Assembly (NCBI GenBank): GCA_947625015.1
Contig: CANQMR010000001.1
Location: forward strand, 99,624-163,623
Source: an uncultured Lachnospiraceae bacterium
Lineage (GTDB): Bacteria > Bacillota > Clostridia > Lachnospirales > Lachnospiraceae
Direction: 5' to 3'
Length of the DNA stretch: 64,000 nt
Position 1 is the first letter of the stretch. Each line of letters begins with the position of its first letter. Shown here in pieces: positions 45,781 through 55,696 of this stretch. A program made the position numbers and the translations under genes. The notes beneath the pieces are model-generated. The model was not told the DNA's origin and ran no database searches. It saw only the letters and a list, made by a program, of their open reading frames with translations.

Positions 45781-46299
45781 ATGCAGTATTATACCAGATA
45801 TGAATCCCCGTTCGGAGGGATTACCTTAGTAAGCGATGAAGACAGCATTACCGGCGTCTGGTTAGACGGACAGCGTTTTTATACAAAATCCCTGTCGCCC
45901 CAGGCGGTTAAACAGCCGGAATTAAAGGTACTGGCGGAGGGAACGGATTGGCTGAATCGGTATTTTGCCGGAGAAAAGCCCCGTCCGTCAGAGCTTTCCT
46001 TAGCCCCGGCAGGCAGTGAATTTCGCCGGCTGGTGTGGAGGCTGTTATGTGATATTCCCTATGGGGAAGTGACCACCTATGGGGCCATAGCCAAAGAGGT
46101 GGCAAAGATACAGGGAATAGAAAAAATGGCGGCCCAGGCGGTAGGCGGCGCAGTGGGGCATAATCCCATTTCCATTATCATTCCCTGCCACAGAGTGGTG
46201 GGCATGAATGGCAATTTAACGGGTTATGGCGGTGGGATTCCTTTGAAGAAGAAGCTGCTGGCATGGGAGGGACTTGATATGTCCCAATTTTATATATGA
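45781..46299 (+). CDS. ogt: methylated-DNA--protein-cysteine methyltransferase
   Basis: Active-site IIIPCHRVVG. ATG 45781 lies 2 nt after the upstream stop. Confidence 0.92.
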   Translation: MQYYTRYESPFGGITLVSDEDSITGVWLDGQRFYTKSLSPQAVKQPELKVLAEGTDWLNRYFAGEKPRPSELSLAPAGSEFRRLVWRLLCDIPYGEVTTYGAIAKEVAKIQGIEKMAAQAVGGAVGHNPISIIIPCHRVVGMNGNLTGYGGGIPLKKKLLAWEGLDMSQFYI

Positions 46300-46322
46300 A
46301 AAGGGATTGGAATAGGACTGGC

Positions 46323-46349
46323 ACCAAACGCTTTTTTCCACATACTGTA
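46323..46349 (+). promoter_or_regulatory. sigma-K-type promoter candidate for dpaAB
   Basis: GGCACC (AC at 46323-46324), 16 nt, then CATACTGTA (46341-46349). Matches AC-N16/17-CATAnnnTA. Confidence 0.45.
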
Positions 46350-46383
46350 ACATATAGGTACAGATTGTAAAGGGAGAAAGCAG

Positions 46384-47241
46384 ATGAAGCAATACGATAT
46401 TGCCCTGATTGGCGGAGATGCAAGGACGGCCCATATGCTGTCCTGTTTTATGGAACATAATTACAGCGTAATCTGTTATGGAATAGAAAAAATTGCTAAA
46501 AATGACGGTCTGGCAGTTTATGCGGATTCCCTGCCGGAGGCGGTGGAGCAGTCCCGGAATATCGTAGGCGGTATTCCTCTTATAAAATGCGGAAAAATCA
46601 GCGGAACGCAGGATTTACCGGATATGGAGGTAACAGTCTTTACCTCCTGCCTGCGGACAGGAAAAGCTGTGTTTGGCGGTATGCTGCCCGCTGAATTTAT
46701 GGAGCAGTGCCGGGAACAGCATGTTATCTGCCATGATTTTATGCAGGATGAGGCCCTCGCAGTGTTTAATGCGGTTGCAACGGCGGAGGGAGCGGTTTTA
46801 AAAGCGCTTAAGCATAAGGACACCAATATCCATGGCAGCCAGAGCTTAGTCATCGGATATGGCAGATGCGGAAGTGTGTTAGCGGATAAGTTAAAGGGCC
46901 TGAATGCTTTTGTAACGGTGTGCAGCCGGTCAGAGGTAGAACTGGCAAAGGCCGCCGCCGTAGGGCTTAATATACTTCATTTAAACAACTTAAAAGAGAA
47001 AATCCATCTATATGAATATATTTACAATACCGTTCCGGCAGTCCTGCTGACCGGGGATATCCTGGTGGAAATTGACAGAGAAGCGCTGGTGATTGACATT
47101 GCATCGAATCCCGGCGGCATAGATAAAGCCGCAGCCTGCAAACTCAATCTCAACTGCCTGCACTGTCTCGGACTGCCGGGAAAATATGCCCCGAAAATAT
47201 CGGCAAAGGGACTGGCGGATTTTGTGATACAGAGAATTTAA
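46384..47241 (+). CDS. dpaA: dipicolinate synthase subunit A
   Basis: IALIGGDAR N-terminus and ...TAEGAV...IHGSQSLVIGYGRCG... match my recollection of SpoVFA. Confidence 0.85.
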   Translation: MKQYDIALIGGDARTAHMLSCFMEHNYSVICYGIEKIAKNDGLAVYADSLPEAVEQSRNIVGGIPLIKCGKISGTQDLPDMEVTVFTSCLRTGKAVFGGMLPAEFMEQCREQHVICHDFMQDEALAVFNAVATAEGAVLKALKHKDTNIHGSQSLVIGYGRCGSVLADKLKGLNAFVTVCSRSEVELAKAAAVGLNILHLNNLKEKIHLYEYIYNTVPAVLLTGDILVEIDREALVIDIASNPGGIDKAAACKLNLNCLHCLGLPGKYAPKISAKGLADFVIQRI

Positions 47242-47271
47242 AGGAATGAAAATGATTTGGAAAGGAAGTTT

Positions 47272-47865
47272 ATGATGGATTTATCGGGAAAAAAGGTCGG
47301 CGTGGCGCTGACCGGTTCATTTTGTACCTTTGATAAAATATTTGTGGAATTGGAAAAGCTGGTGGAAGCAAGAGCAGATGTATATACCATTTTTTCCAAC
47401 GCCTCCCAGCACATCAGCAGCCGCTTTGGCAGCCCGGAGGAATTTCTCAAACGGGCGGAGGAGATTACAGGCAAAGCGCCCATTTTAACGATAGAGGGGG
47501 CGGAGCCGATTGGACCGAAAGGGTATCTGGATATTTTAGTTATTTTTCCCTGTACCGGCAATACGATAGCGAAGCTTGCCAACGGCATTACGGATACGCC
47601 TGTACTCATGAGCGCGAAGGCGCATCTGCGGAACAACAAGCCGCTGGTAATTTCGGTTTCCAGCAATGACGCTCTTGGCATGAATATGAAGAATATCGGG
47701 CTTTTGCTCAATGCAAAGAACATATATTTCGTGCCGTTTGGGCAGGATAATCCGGTAAAGAAAAGCAATTCCTTAATCGCTCATACGGAAATGCTGATTC
47801 CGACCTTGGAGATGGCTTTAGAGGGACTGCAATACCAGCCGATTTTACAGGCGTTTTCATCATAA
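47272..47865 (+). CDS. dpaB: dipicolinate synthase subunit B
   Basis: GKKVGVALTGSFCT, PCTGNTIAKLANGITDTPVLM and FVPFGQDNP match my recollection of SpoVFB. Start is 47272 or 47275. Confidence 0.85.
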   Translation: MMDLSGKKVGVALTGSFCTFDKIFVELEKLVEARADVYTIFSNASQHISSRFGSPEEFLKRAEEITGKAPILTIEGAEPIGPKGYLDILVIFPCTGNTIAKLANGITDTPVLMSAKAHLRNNKPLVISVSSNDALGMNMKNIGLLLNAKNIYFVPFGQDNPVKKSNSLIAHTEMLIPTLEMALEGLQYQPILQAFSS

Positions 47866-47886
47866 TGAATAGAGGGGAATATAAAA

Positions 47887-49737
47887 ATGTGTGGCATAGC
47901 AGGTTTTAGTAATTTTACTGTGGATTATGCAGCTACACCCGATAAATGGACAGAAGTTTTAAAGGAAATGAATCATGTACAGCGGCACCGGGGACCGGAT
48001 GAACAGGGCGACTGCCTGTATCCCCACTGCGGGTTAGCCCATGTACGGCTCTCGATTATCGACTTATCCACCGGACACCAGCCCATGACGGATAACAGGG
48101 AGGGGCGGGAGTGTACCGTTGTGTATAACGGGGAAATCTACAATATGCCGGAACTGCGAAGGGAATTAGAAAAGCGGGGGATTATCTTTTCCACGACCAG
48201 CGATACCGAGGTAATCCTTAAGGGCTATCAGGCCTATGGCGTGGATATCGTGGAAAAGCTAAACGGCATTTTTGCCTTTGCCCTCTGGGATGGCAGGAAA
48301 CAAAAGCTGTATCTGTTTCGCGACCGTTCCGGCATCAAGCCGTTATTTTATACGGTCAGGGACAATACCCTGATATTTTCCTCGGAAATTAAGGGAATCT
48401 TCTCCTATCCGGGAATAGAGCCGGAGGTAGACAGGGAAGGGCTCTGCGAGGTCTTCGGCCTCGGCCCGGCGAAAACCTACGGAAAAGGCGTATTTAAAGG
48501 AATAAAGGAGGTACTGCCGGGACACTATCTGGAATTTGGAAAAGAGGGGCTTCGCGATACCTGTTACTGGCAGCTTGAAAGCAGGCCCCATGAAGAAAGC
48601 TTTGAAGATACGGTGGAGCATACCAGGGAACTCGTATACAGCGCCGTTAAAATGCAGATGCTATCTGATGTGCCAATCTGCACCTTTTTATCCGGCGGCG
48701 TGGACAGCAGCCTGGTAACGGCAATTTGCAGCCGGGAGCTGAAAAAAGAGGGAAAGCGGTTAGATACCTATTCCTTTGATTTTACGGACAACGACATCAA
48801 TTTCAAGGCAAACGCCTTTCAGCCCAGCCAGGACCGGCCCTGGGTGGAAAAAATGGTGGAGTTTGCCGGAACCAATCATCATTTTTTAGAGTGTAATCAT
48901 CTGGATTTGTATGATTATCTGTATAAAGCGGTAGACGCCAGGGACCTGCCCTGCATGGCGGATGTAGAGTCTTCCATGTTATATTTCTGCGAGCTTGTGG
49001 CAAAGAATAACAAGGTAACGCTGACCGGCGAGTGCGCAGATGAAATCTTTGGCGGCTATCCATGGTTTCATAAAAAGGAGTGCTTTGAGGCGGATATTTT
49101 TCCCTGGTCTATGGATTTTGGCATGCGCACCCTTTTGCTGAAAGACGAAGTGGTTCGGGAGCTTCCCCTAGAGGAGTATGCCCGGGCGGCTTACGAGCAG
49201 ACTGTACGGGAAACGCCAAAGCTTTACGGGGAGAGCGGAGAGGAAAAGAGAAGACGGGAGATATCCTATCTGAACTTAAAATGGTTTATGCAGACATTGC
49301 TTGACCGAATGGATCGAACCAGCATGTACAGCGGCTTAGAGGCGCGGGTTCCCTTAGCGGACCACAGGATTATCGAATATGTGTGGAATGTGCCCTGGTC
49401 TATGAAGTGTCATGACGGAATCGTAAAGGGACTTTTGCGGGCGGCAGGGGAGAAATACCTGCCGGACGAGGTGCTTTACCGGAGAAAAAGCCCATATCCT
49501 AAGACCTACGACCCCGCCTACGAAACGCGTTTAAGGCAGGAGATGACGAAGCTTTTGCATGAGGGAAATGCGCCGATTTGCACCCTTTTAGACCGGAAAA
49601 AGGTAGAGGACTACATGGAAAGCCCTACGGACTATGGAAGGCCGTTTTACGGGCAGCTGATGGCCGGGCCGCAGCTTCTTGCCTATATGTTGCAGATTAA
49701 TTATTGGCTGGAACGATATAAAATCCGGCTGGTATAG
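47887..49737 (+). CDS. asnB: asparagine synthase (glutamine-hydrolysing)
   Basis: N-terminal MCGI nucleophile and the PP-loop SGGVDSS. Confidence 0.93.
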   Translation: MCGIAGFSNFTVDYAATPDKWTEVLKEMNHVQRHRGPDEQGDCLYPHCGLAHVRLSIIDLSTGHQPMTDNREGRECTVVYNGEIYNMPELRRELEKRGIIFSTTSDTEVILKGYQAYGVDIVEKLNGIFAFALWDGRKQKLYLFRDRSGIKPLFYTVRDNTLIFSSEIKGIFSYPGIEPEVDREGLCEVFGLGPAKTYGKGVFKGIKEVLPGHYLEFGKEGLRDTCYWQLESRPHEESFEDTVEHTRELVYSAVKMQMLSDVPICTFLSGGVDSSLVTAICSRELKKEGKRLDTYSFDFTDNDINFKANAFQPSQDRPWVEKMVEFAGTNHHFLECNHLDLYDYLYKAVDARDLPCMADVESSMLYFCELVAKNNKVTLTGECADEIFGGYPWFHKKECFEADIFPWSMDFGMRTLLLKDEVVRELPLEEYARAAYEQTVRETPKLYGESGEEKRRREISYLNLKWFMQTLLDRMDRTSMYSGLEARVPLADHRIIEYVWNVPWSMKCHDGIVKGLLRAAGEKYLPDEVLYRRKSPYPKTYDPAYETRLRQEMTKLLHEGNAPICTLLDRKKVEDYMESPTDYGRPFYGQLMAGPQLLAYMLQINYWLERYKIRLV

Positions 49738-49755
49738 ATTTTTTTCATATTTCTT

Positions 49756-49784
49756 TTGACAAATGGGGAAATATCGTATAATAT
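49756..49784 (+). promoter_or_regulatory. sigma-A promoter candidate for tRNA-Pro (TTGACA, then TATAAT/TAATAT)
   Basis: TTGACA at 49756-49761. The -10 is TATAAT with a 15-nt spacer or TAATAT with a 17-nt spacer. An 11-bp AT-rich hairpin (49792-49824) lies between it and the tRNA. Confidence 0.45.
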
Positions 49785-49827
49785 ATACAAGGGTTAAATG
49801 AATCGGTCTTTGGTTCATTTAACCTAC

Positions 49828-49901
49828 CGGGGTATGGCGTAGCTTGGTAGCGCGCACGGCTGGGGGCCGTGAGGTCGCAGGTTCAAATCCTGTTGCCCCG
49901 A
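49828..49901 (+). tRNA. tRNA-Pro (anticodon GGG)
   Basis: Hand-folded cloverleaf: acceptor CGGGGTA/TGCCCCG, anticodon stem CACGG/CCGTG with loop CTGGGGG, T-loop TTCAAAT. Confidence 0.9.
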
Positions 49902-49923
49902 TTTTTTAATGGAAGATTCAAAA

Positions 49924-49966
49924 GCGATGAATGCAGTTTCCGCATTTGCCGCTTTATTTTTTGCAA
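49924..49966 (+). terminator. rho-independent terminator after tRNA-Pro
   Basis: GCGATGAATGC-N7-GCATTTGCCGC (imperfect stem) followed by TTTATTTTTT. Confidence 0.6.
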
Positions 49967-50014
49967 TATTTGTCATATAATATAAAAAATACCAAAAAGA
50001 AACAGAAAGAAGAG

Positions 50015-51376
50015 ATGAAAATGAAACAGTCCAAAATAGATATGTTAAACGGCAGCATTGGAGACAAGCTGCTGTTATTTGCGTTACCGCTGGCATTAAC
50101 CGGTATGCTGCAACAGTTGTTCAATGCGGCAGATGTGGCGGTAGTGGGACAGTTTGCCGGAAAGAACGCCATGGCTGCGGTAGGCAGCAACAGCGCCATT
50201 ATCGGCCTTTTGGTAAACGGGTTTGTGGGAATTGCCTTAGGCGCTAATGTGGTGATTTCCGGCTGCACCGGACGGGGCGATAAAAAAGGAATCCACCGCT
50301 GCGTGCATACGGCAATTCTGTTTTCCATTCTCGGCGGCGTCTGCATTACGCTGATTGGTGAATTATTTGCCCCGAAGGTCTTAGGGATTATGTCGGTGCC
50401 GGAGGAAGTATTCCCCATGGCGGTGGCGTATCTTAGAATCTATCTGTTGGGAATGCCCGTCATTTTTCTTTATAATTTTGAGGCGGCAATTTTCAGAAGC
50501 CAGGGCGACACGAAAACGCCTTTGATGTGCCTGATTGTTTCCGGGGTGCTGAATGTAATCCTGAATCTGTTCTTTGTATGCATTGTGAAAATGACGGCGG
50601 ACGGCGTGGCTTTGGCAACGGTAATCTCCAATTTAGTCAGCGCCACCCTTTTGTTTGTGCTGCTGCGCATGCGGCAGGACGATATCCGCCTTAAGGCCAG
50701 ATATATCAGAATCTATGGAAGGCAGCTAAAGAATATGGTCCAAATCGGACTGCCTGCGGGCTTACAGAGCATGGTCTTTTCCCTGTCCAATATCTGTATC
50801 CAGTCGGCAGTCAACAGTTTAGGGGCAGATGTGATGGCAGCCTCCGCCGCGGCCTTTAATATTGAGATTCTCATTTACTATCTGCTCAATTCCTTCGGGC
50901 AGGCGGCCACCACCTTTGTGGGGCAGAATTTCGGCGCGCATGATGTGGACCGCTGCCGCAGGATTACCCGTATCTGCTTAATCATGAATATCGGCATAAC
51001 CGCAGTGGTTTCCCTGTTGCTTTTGGCCTTTGGCAGACCGCTTTTAGGGATTTTTAATCCCGACGAGGCCATTGCCGCCATTGGCATTGTCCGTCTCCGA
51101 TTTATTTTGTTAGCGGAAGTTTTAAATGCGGTGATGGAGGTTATGTCCGGCGCCATGCGGGGCTACGGCTATTCGCTGGTTCCTGCCCTCGTCACCTTTG
51201 CCGGGGTATGCGGAACCCGGATTATCTGGGTTTATCTGGTGTTCCGCCAAAGTCCCACATTTTTTACGCTGATGATGGTATATCCGGTAAGCTGGATTAT
51301 CACCGCCTCCGCCTTAGTGATTGCCTATGTGCTGTTCCTAAGGAAATATCGGCTTGCGGCGGCAAACAAACATTGA
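50015..51376 (+). CDS. MATE family efflux transporter
   Basis: GDKLLLFALPLALTGMLQQLFNAADVAVVG N-terminus, 12-TM layout. Start is 50015 or 50021. Confidence 0.85.
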   Translation: MKMKQSKIDMLNGSIGDKLLLFALPLALTGMLQQLFNAADVAVVGQFAGKNAMAAVGSNSAIIGLLVNGFVGIALGANVVISGCTGRGDKKGIHRCVHTAILFSILGGVCITLIGELFAPKVLGIMSVPEEVFPMAVAYLRIYLLGMPVIFLYNFEAAIFRSQGDTKTPLMCLIVSGVLNVILNLFFVCIVKMTADGVALATVISNLVSATLLFVLLRMRQDDIRLKARYIRIYGRQLKNMVQIGLPAGLQSMVFSLSNICIQSAVNSLGADVMAASAAAFNIEILIYYLLNSFGQAATTFVGQNFGAHDVDRCRRITRICLIMNIGITAVVSLLLLAFGRPLLGIFNPDEAIAAIGIVRLRFILLAEVLNAVMEVMSGAMRGYGYSLVPALVTFAGVCGTRIIWVYLVFRQSPTFFTLMMVYPVSWIITASALVIAYVLFLRKYRLAAANKH

Positions 51377-51436
51377 AATCAGGCATTAAATATGGTATCG
51401 TATTACAGGTATCACAGACTAAAGGAGAATGATTGT

Positions 51437-51709
51437 ATGAAAAAGACAGTAATTTCAGTAGTAGGCAAAGATAAAGTAGGTATTATTTTTCAGGTATGCA
51501 AATATTTAGCCGGCAACCAGATTAACATTTTAGATATTGCCCAGACCATTGTCCAGGACTGGTTTAATATGATTATGATTGTAAACATTCAGGATTCCCA
51601 GAAGGATTTTGCCACCATTGCCTCCGAGCTAAAGCAGATTGGGGAGGAAATCGGCGTGACCATTACCCTTCAGCAGGAGGAGATTTTTGACATGATGCAC
51701 CGCCTGTAA
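51437..51709 (+). CDS. ACT domain-containing protein (UPF0237 family)
   Basis: 90 aa. MKKTVISVVGKDKVGII... ACT fold pattern. AAAGGAG upstream of ATG 51437. Confidence 0.8.
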   Translation: MKKTVISVVGKDKVGIIFQVCKYLAGNQINILDIAQTIVQDWFNMIMIVNIQDSQKDFATIASELKQIGEEIGVTITLQQEEIFDMMHRL

Positions 51710-51734
51710 GCGGCGTATCAGCTTTCATCGTTTA

Positions 51735-51804
51735 ACCGATATCGGTGCGGCCTGACGAGATGCATAAGGAACTGCCATTCCTTAAAAGCGTTATGCAGGC
51801 CGCA
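51735..51804 (+). promoter_or_regulatory. structured intergenic element: 12-bp palindrome plus a nested hairpin
   Basis: ACCGATATCGGT at 51735-51746. TGCGGCCTG (51746-51754) pairs with CAGGCCGCA (51796-51804), enclosing TAAGGAA/TTCCTTA and GCATA/TATGC helices. No U-tract. Confidence 0.4.
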
Positions 51805-51833
51805 ATCAAATATTATAGTAAGAGGATAAAAAC

Positions 51834-53198
51834 ATGATTAATATCAATGAAGTAATGGAAACCAACACCATGATTCGGGAGGATAATCTCGATGTGCGCA
51901 CGATTACCATGGGAATTTCCCTGTTAGACTGCATTTCCACCAGTTTAAAGGATACCTGCGACAAGGTGTATGATAAGATTACCACCTCGGCAAAAGATTT
52001 AGTCAGGGTGGGGAAAGATTTAGAGACGGAATACGGAATCCCCATTGTCAATAAGCGGATTTCCTTAACCCCTATTGCCATGGTGGGAAGCTCCTGCTGT
52101 AAGGGAAGCAAAGATTATGTAGAGATTGCAAAGACCTTAGATGCGGCGGCAAAAGAAGTGGGCGTCAACTTTATCGGCGGGTATTCGGCTCTGGTTTCTA
52201 AGGGCATGACGCCCTATGACGAAATGCTGATCCGCTCCATTCCGGAGGCTTTAAATGTAACGGAATATGTGTGCAGCAGCGTCAATGTAGGCTCCACCAA
52301 AACCGGAATCAATATGGATGCGGTGAAGCTGCTTGGCGAGATTATCCGGGAGACCGCGGAGCTTACTGCGGACAGGGACTGTATCGGCCCGGCCAAATTT
52401 GTGGTGTTCTGCAATGCGCCGGACGACAACCCCTTTATGGCGGGCGCCTTCCATGGCGTAACGGAGGCGGATAAGATTATTAATGTAGGCGTATCCGGCC
52501 CCGGCGTGGTAAAGCGGGCATTAGAGCAGGTAAGGGGTGAAAATTTTGAAGTTCTTTGCGAGACGATTAAAAAGACGGCCTTCAAAGTCACCAGAGTAGG
52601 GCAGCTTGTCGCAAAGGAGGCGTCTAAACGGCTTGGGGTTCCGTTTGGAATTATTGATTTGTCTCTTGCGCCGACTCCGGCAATCGGAGACAGCGTAGGC
52701 GAGATTTTAGAGGAAATCGGTCTGGAATATGCCGGTGCACCGGGAACTACCGCAGCCCTTGCCCTGTTAAACGACCAGGTCAAAAAGGGCGGAGTGATGG
52801 CCTCATCCTATGTCGGCGGCTTAAGCGGCGCCTTTATTCCGGTATCAGAGGATCAGCGCATGATTGACGCCGCCTCCTGCGGCGCCCTCACCTTAGAGAA
52901 ATTAGAGGCCATGACCTGCGTATGCTCGGTGGGATTAGATATGATCGCCATTCCCGGAGATACGAAAGCCACTACCATTTCCGGCATTATCGCAGATGAG
53001 ATGGCCATTGGCATGGTCAACCAGAAAACCACCGCTGTCCGCATTATCCCGGCAGTGGGCAAGAAGGTGGGCGAGGTTTTAGAGTTCGGCGGACTTTTAG
53101 GCTATGCGCCGATTATGAAGGTCAATGAATACAGCTGCGACGCATTTATCAACCGGGGCGGACGGATACCGGCCCCCATTCACAGCTTTAAGAATTGA
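51834..53198 (+). CDS. UPF0210 (DUF711, 'PFL-like') family protein
   Basis: 454 aa. N-terminus [16 protein letters not shown] and overall pattern recalled for UPF0210. Conserved partner of the ACT protein. Confidence 0.8.
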   Translation: MININEVMETNTMIREDNLDVRTITMGISLLDCISTSLKDTCDKVYDKITTSAKDLVRVGKDLETEYGIPIVNKRISLTPIAMVGSSCCKGSKDYVEIAKTLDAAAKEVGVNFIGGYSALVSKGMTPYDEMLIRSIPEALNVTEYVCSSVNVGSTKTGINMDAVKLLGEIIRETAELTADRDCIGPAKFVVFCNAPDDNPFMAGAFHGVTEADKIINVGVSGPGVVKRALEQVRGENFEVLCETIKKTAFKVTRVGQLVAKEASKRLGVPFGIIDLSLAPTPAIGDSVGEILEEIGLEYAGAPGTTAALALLNDQVKKGGVMASSYVGGLSGAFIPVSEDQRMIDAASCGALTLEKLEAMTCVCSVGLDMIAIPGDTKATTISGIIADEMAIGMVNQKTTAVRIIPAVGKKVGEVLEFGGLLGYAPIMKVNEYSCDAFINRGGRIPAPIHSFKN

Positions 53199-53245
53199 CC
53201 GCATACCGCTCCCTGTTCACAGCCGTAAGAATTAACCGCATACCG
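53166..53245 (+). repeat. 37-bp tandem duplication (about 2.2 units) spanning the 3' end and stop of the UPF0210 gene
   Basis: Units starting at 53166 and 53203 are 30/37 identical. Within them the 30-nt cores 53179-53208 and 53216-53245 are 27/30 identical. ATACCG recurs at 53166, 53203 and 53240. Confidence 0.7.
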
Positions 53246-53306
53246 GCATAAACCTGTAACTTTTACATATAATGATGTAAACAGGCTTTCGGAGAACGGT
53301 TATCAG

Positions 53307-53705
53307 TTGAACGAGATGTATACGCAAATCCGGGAGGAACTTCGGAAACAGCACGCCATGAACCGGCAGGAGGTTCGGGGAAGGCGGGAGAGCGCCGCGC
53401 TTTACCGCTCAGATTATTATGGGTTAGCGCAATCCGAAAACGGGCAACGGAGCGCCTTTTCCGGTTTCATTTTCCGGACCAAGATTCTTGTGTTTGTTGT
53501 CAGCGTCATGCTGTTTTCCTGTTATCTCTACGGCGGACAGGATGTTAAAAAAGGAGCGGCTATGGCATGGAAGGATATCAGCACGCAGATTACCCGGTTA
53601 GAACAGGAAGAACCGGCGGTAAAACAGGCCATGAGTTATGTGCGCAGGGCTTACAGTGAGGTAAAGGATCTTGCCCATACCTATATCGGCTTGGATATGG
53701 AATAA
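53307..53705 (+). CDS. hypothetical membrane protein
   Basis: 132-aa ORF with a TTG start (ATG at 53316 as alternative) and one hydrophobic helix (ILVFVVSVMLFSCYLYG). No motif recognised. Confidence 0.45.
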   Translation: MNEMYTQIREELRKQHAMNRQEVRGRRESAALYRSDYYGLAQSENGQRSAFSGFIFRTKILVFVVSVMLFSCYLYGGQDVKKGAAMAWKDISTQITRLEQEEPAVKQAMSYVRRAYSEVKDLAHTYIGLDME

Positions 53706-53821
53706 GATTGCCCACACGCAGCAGGATTGGAAAATATTGGAAAAATAATTGCGACAATGCAGCCAAAGCATATAAACGGAATATACAGACAAAGATATTG
53801 ACACAGAAGAGGTCAGAGAAA

Positions 53822-55696
53822 ATGGACATGACGAAGCGCGCCCTTTCAGATGAAATTCTGATGCAGGTTGAAAAACCGGCCAGATACATCGGCAATGAAG
53901 TGAATATGGTGAAAAAAAATCCGGCAGATGTGGAAATCCGCTTTGCCATGTGTTTTCCTGATGTGTATGAGATCGGCATGAGCCATCTCGGCATGCAGAT
54001 TCTTTATGACCAGTTTAACCGGCGGGAGGATACCTACTGCGAGCGGGTATATTCCCCCTGGCCGGATTTGGACAGGATTATGCGGGAGAAAAATATTCCT
54101 TTATTTACCTTAGAAACCCAGTCTCCGGTAATGGATTTTGATTTTTTAGGCATTACCCTTCAGTACGAGATGTGTTATACCAATATTTTACAAATCTTAG
54201 CGCTTTCCGGTATCCCGATTTGGGCAAAGGACAGAGGGAACGGGGTGCCTTTTGTGTTCGGCGGCGGACCATGCAGCTATAATCCGGAACCCATTGCCGA
54301 TTTTTTTGACGCCTTTTATATCGGGGAAGGGGAAGTCAGCTATGATAAGGTCTTTGACGTATATCAGGCGGCGAAGCGGGAGAACCTTGACCGGGAGGAA
54401 ATCCTTTACCGTTTCTCCAAGATACCTGGCATCTATATACCGTCCATGTACGAGGTAAGCTATAAAGAGGACGGCACAATCCGGGCCTTTTTTCCAAAGA
54501 GGGAAGGCGTGCCGGAAAAGATTCAAAAGCAGTTAGTCATGAATCTTGATGAGGCGCCTTATCCCGTCAAACCTTTAGTTCCCTATATCCGGGCTACCCA
54601 GGACAGGGTGACATTGGAGATTATGCGGGGCTGTATCCGGGGCTGCCGGTTCTGTCAGGCGGGCATGATTTACCGGCCGACCAGGCTAAAAAGCGTGGAG
54701 GTCTTGAAGCAGTATGCCAGGGATATGGTAAAGAGCAGCGGTTATGAGGAGATTTCCCTCAGCTCCCTAAGTTCCTCGGATTATCAATGTCTGAAGGAAC
54801 TGACCGCCTTTCTGATTGAGGAATTAGGGGAGAAAGAGGGCGTTAATCTCTCTCTGCCTTCCCTGAGAATCGACGCCTTTTCCTTAGATGTGATGCAACG
54901 GGTACAGGATATCCGAAAAAGCTCCTTAACCTTTGCGCCGGAGGCCGGAACCCAGAGGCTTAGGGATGTAATCAATAAGGGGCTTACGGAGGAAGAGATT
55001 TTAAACGGCGCCATGCAGGCGTTTCATGGCGGCTGGAACAAGGTGAAATTCTATTTTATGCTAGGGCTTCCCACAGAGACCGAAGAAGATGCAGAAGGGA
55101 TTCCCGCTCTCTGCGAAAAGGTAGCGGAGGCCTATGATCACATTCCCAAAGAGGAGCGGACCGGCAGAGTGTCCATTACCGCTTCGGCTTCCTTTTTTGT
55201 GCCCAAGCCGTTTACGCCTTTCCAGTGGGCGGCCATGTTAGACGGGGACACCTACAGCGACAGGGCGCATCATGTAAAAGATGTGTTCCGGAAGCAGCCC
55301 AAGGCGAAATCCATGAAATTTCATTACCATGAATCGTATGTTTCCGTATTAGAGGGCGTGTTTGCCAGAGGCGACAGGAAAATTGCGAATGTCATATATG
55401 ACGCCTACAAAAGCGGCTGCATTTTCGACGCCTGGACGGAATTTTTTGACTATGAAAAATGGCTGGCCGCCTTTGCAAAAAACGGCGTTTCCATGGATTT
55501 CTATACCACCAGGGAGCGGCCTGTAGAGGAAGTTCTGCCCTGGGATTTTATTGATATCGGCGTGACGAAGCAGTTCCTTGCTTCCGAATGGGAGAAGGCG
55601 AAGCAGGGCGTTGTCACCCCAAACTGCCGGGAATCCTGTTCCGGCTGCGGGGCCGCCAAATTCGGGGGAGGCGTGTGCTATGACCGTAAGAATTAA
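53822..55696 (+). CDS. radical SAM protein, TIGR03960-type (B12-binding-like N-terminal domain)
   Basis: CxxxCxxC = CIRGCRFC. N-terminus EKPARYIGNE is typical of this family. ATG at 53822. Confidence 0.85.
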   Translation: MDMTKRALSDEILMQVEKPARYIGNEVNMVKKNPADVEIRFAMCFPDVYEIGMSHLGMQILYDQFNRREDTYCERVYSPWPDLDRIMREKNIPLFTLETQSPVMDFDFLGITLQYEMCYTNILQILALSGIPIWAKDRGNGVPFVFGGGPCSYNPEPIADFFDAFYIGEGEVSYDKVFDVYQAAKRENLDREEILYRFSKIPGIYIPSMYEVSYKEDGTIRAFFPKREGVPEKIQKQLVMNLDEAPYPVKPLVPYIRATQDRVTLEIMRGCIRGCRFCQAGMIYRPTRLKSVEVLKQYARDMVKSSGYEEISLSSLSSSDYQCLKELTAFLIEELGEKEGVNLSLPSLRIDAFSLDVMQRVQDIRKSSLTFAPEAGTQRLRDVINKGLTEEEILNGAMQAFHGGWNKVKFYFMLGLPTETEEDAEGIPALCEKVAEAYDHIPKEERTGRVSITASASFFVPKPFTPFQWAAMLDGDTYSDRAHHVKDVFRKQPKAKSMKFHYHESYVSVLEGVFARGDRKIANVIYDAYKSGCIFDAWTEFFDYEKWLAAFAKNGVSMDFYTTRERPVEEVLPWDFIDIGVTKQFLASEWEKAKQGVVTPNCRESCSGCGAAKFGGGVCYDRKN

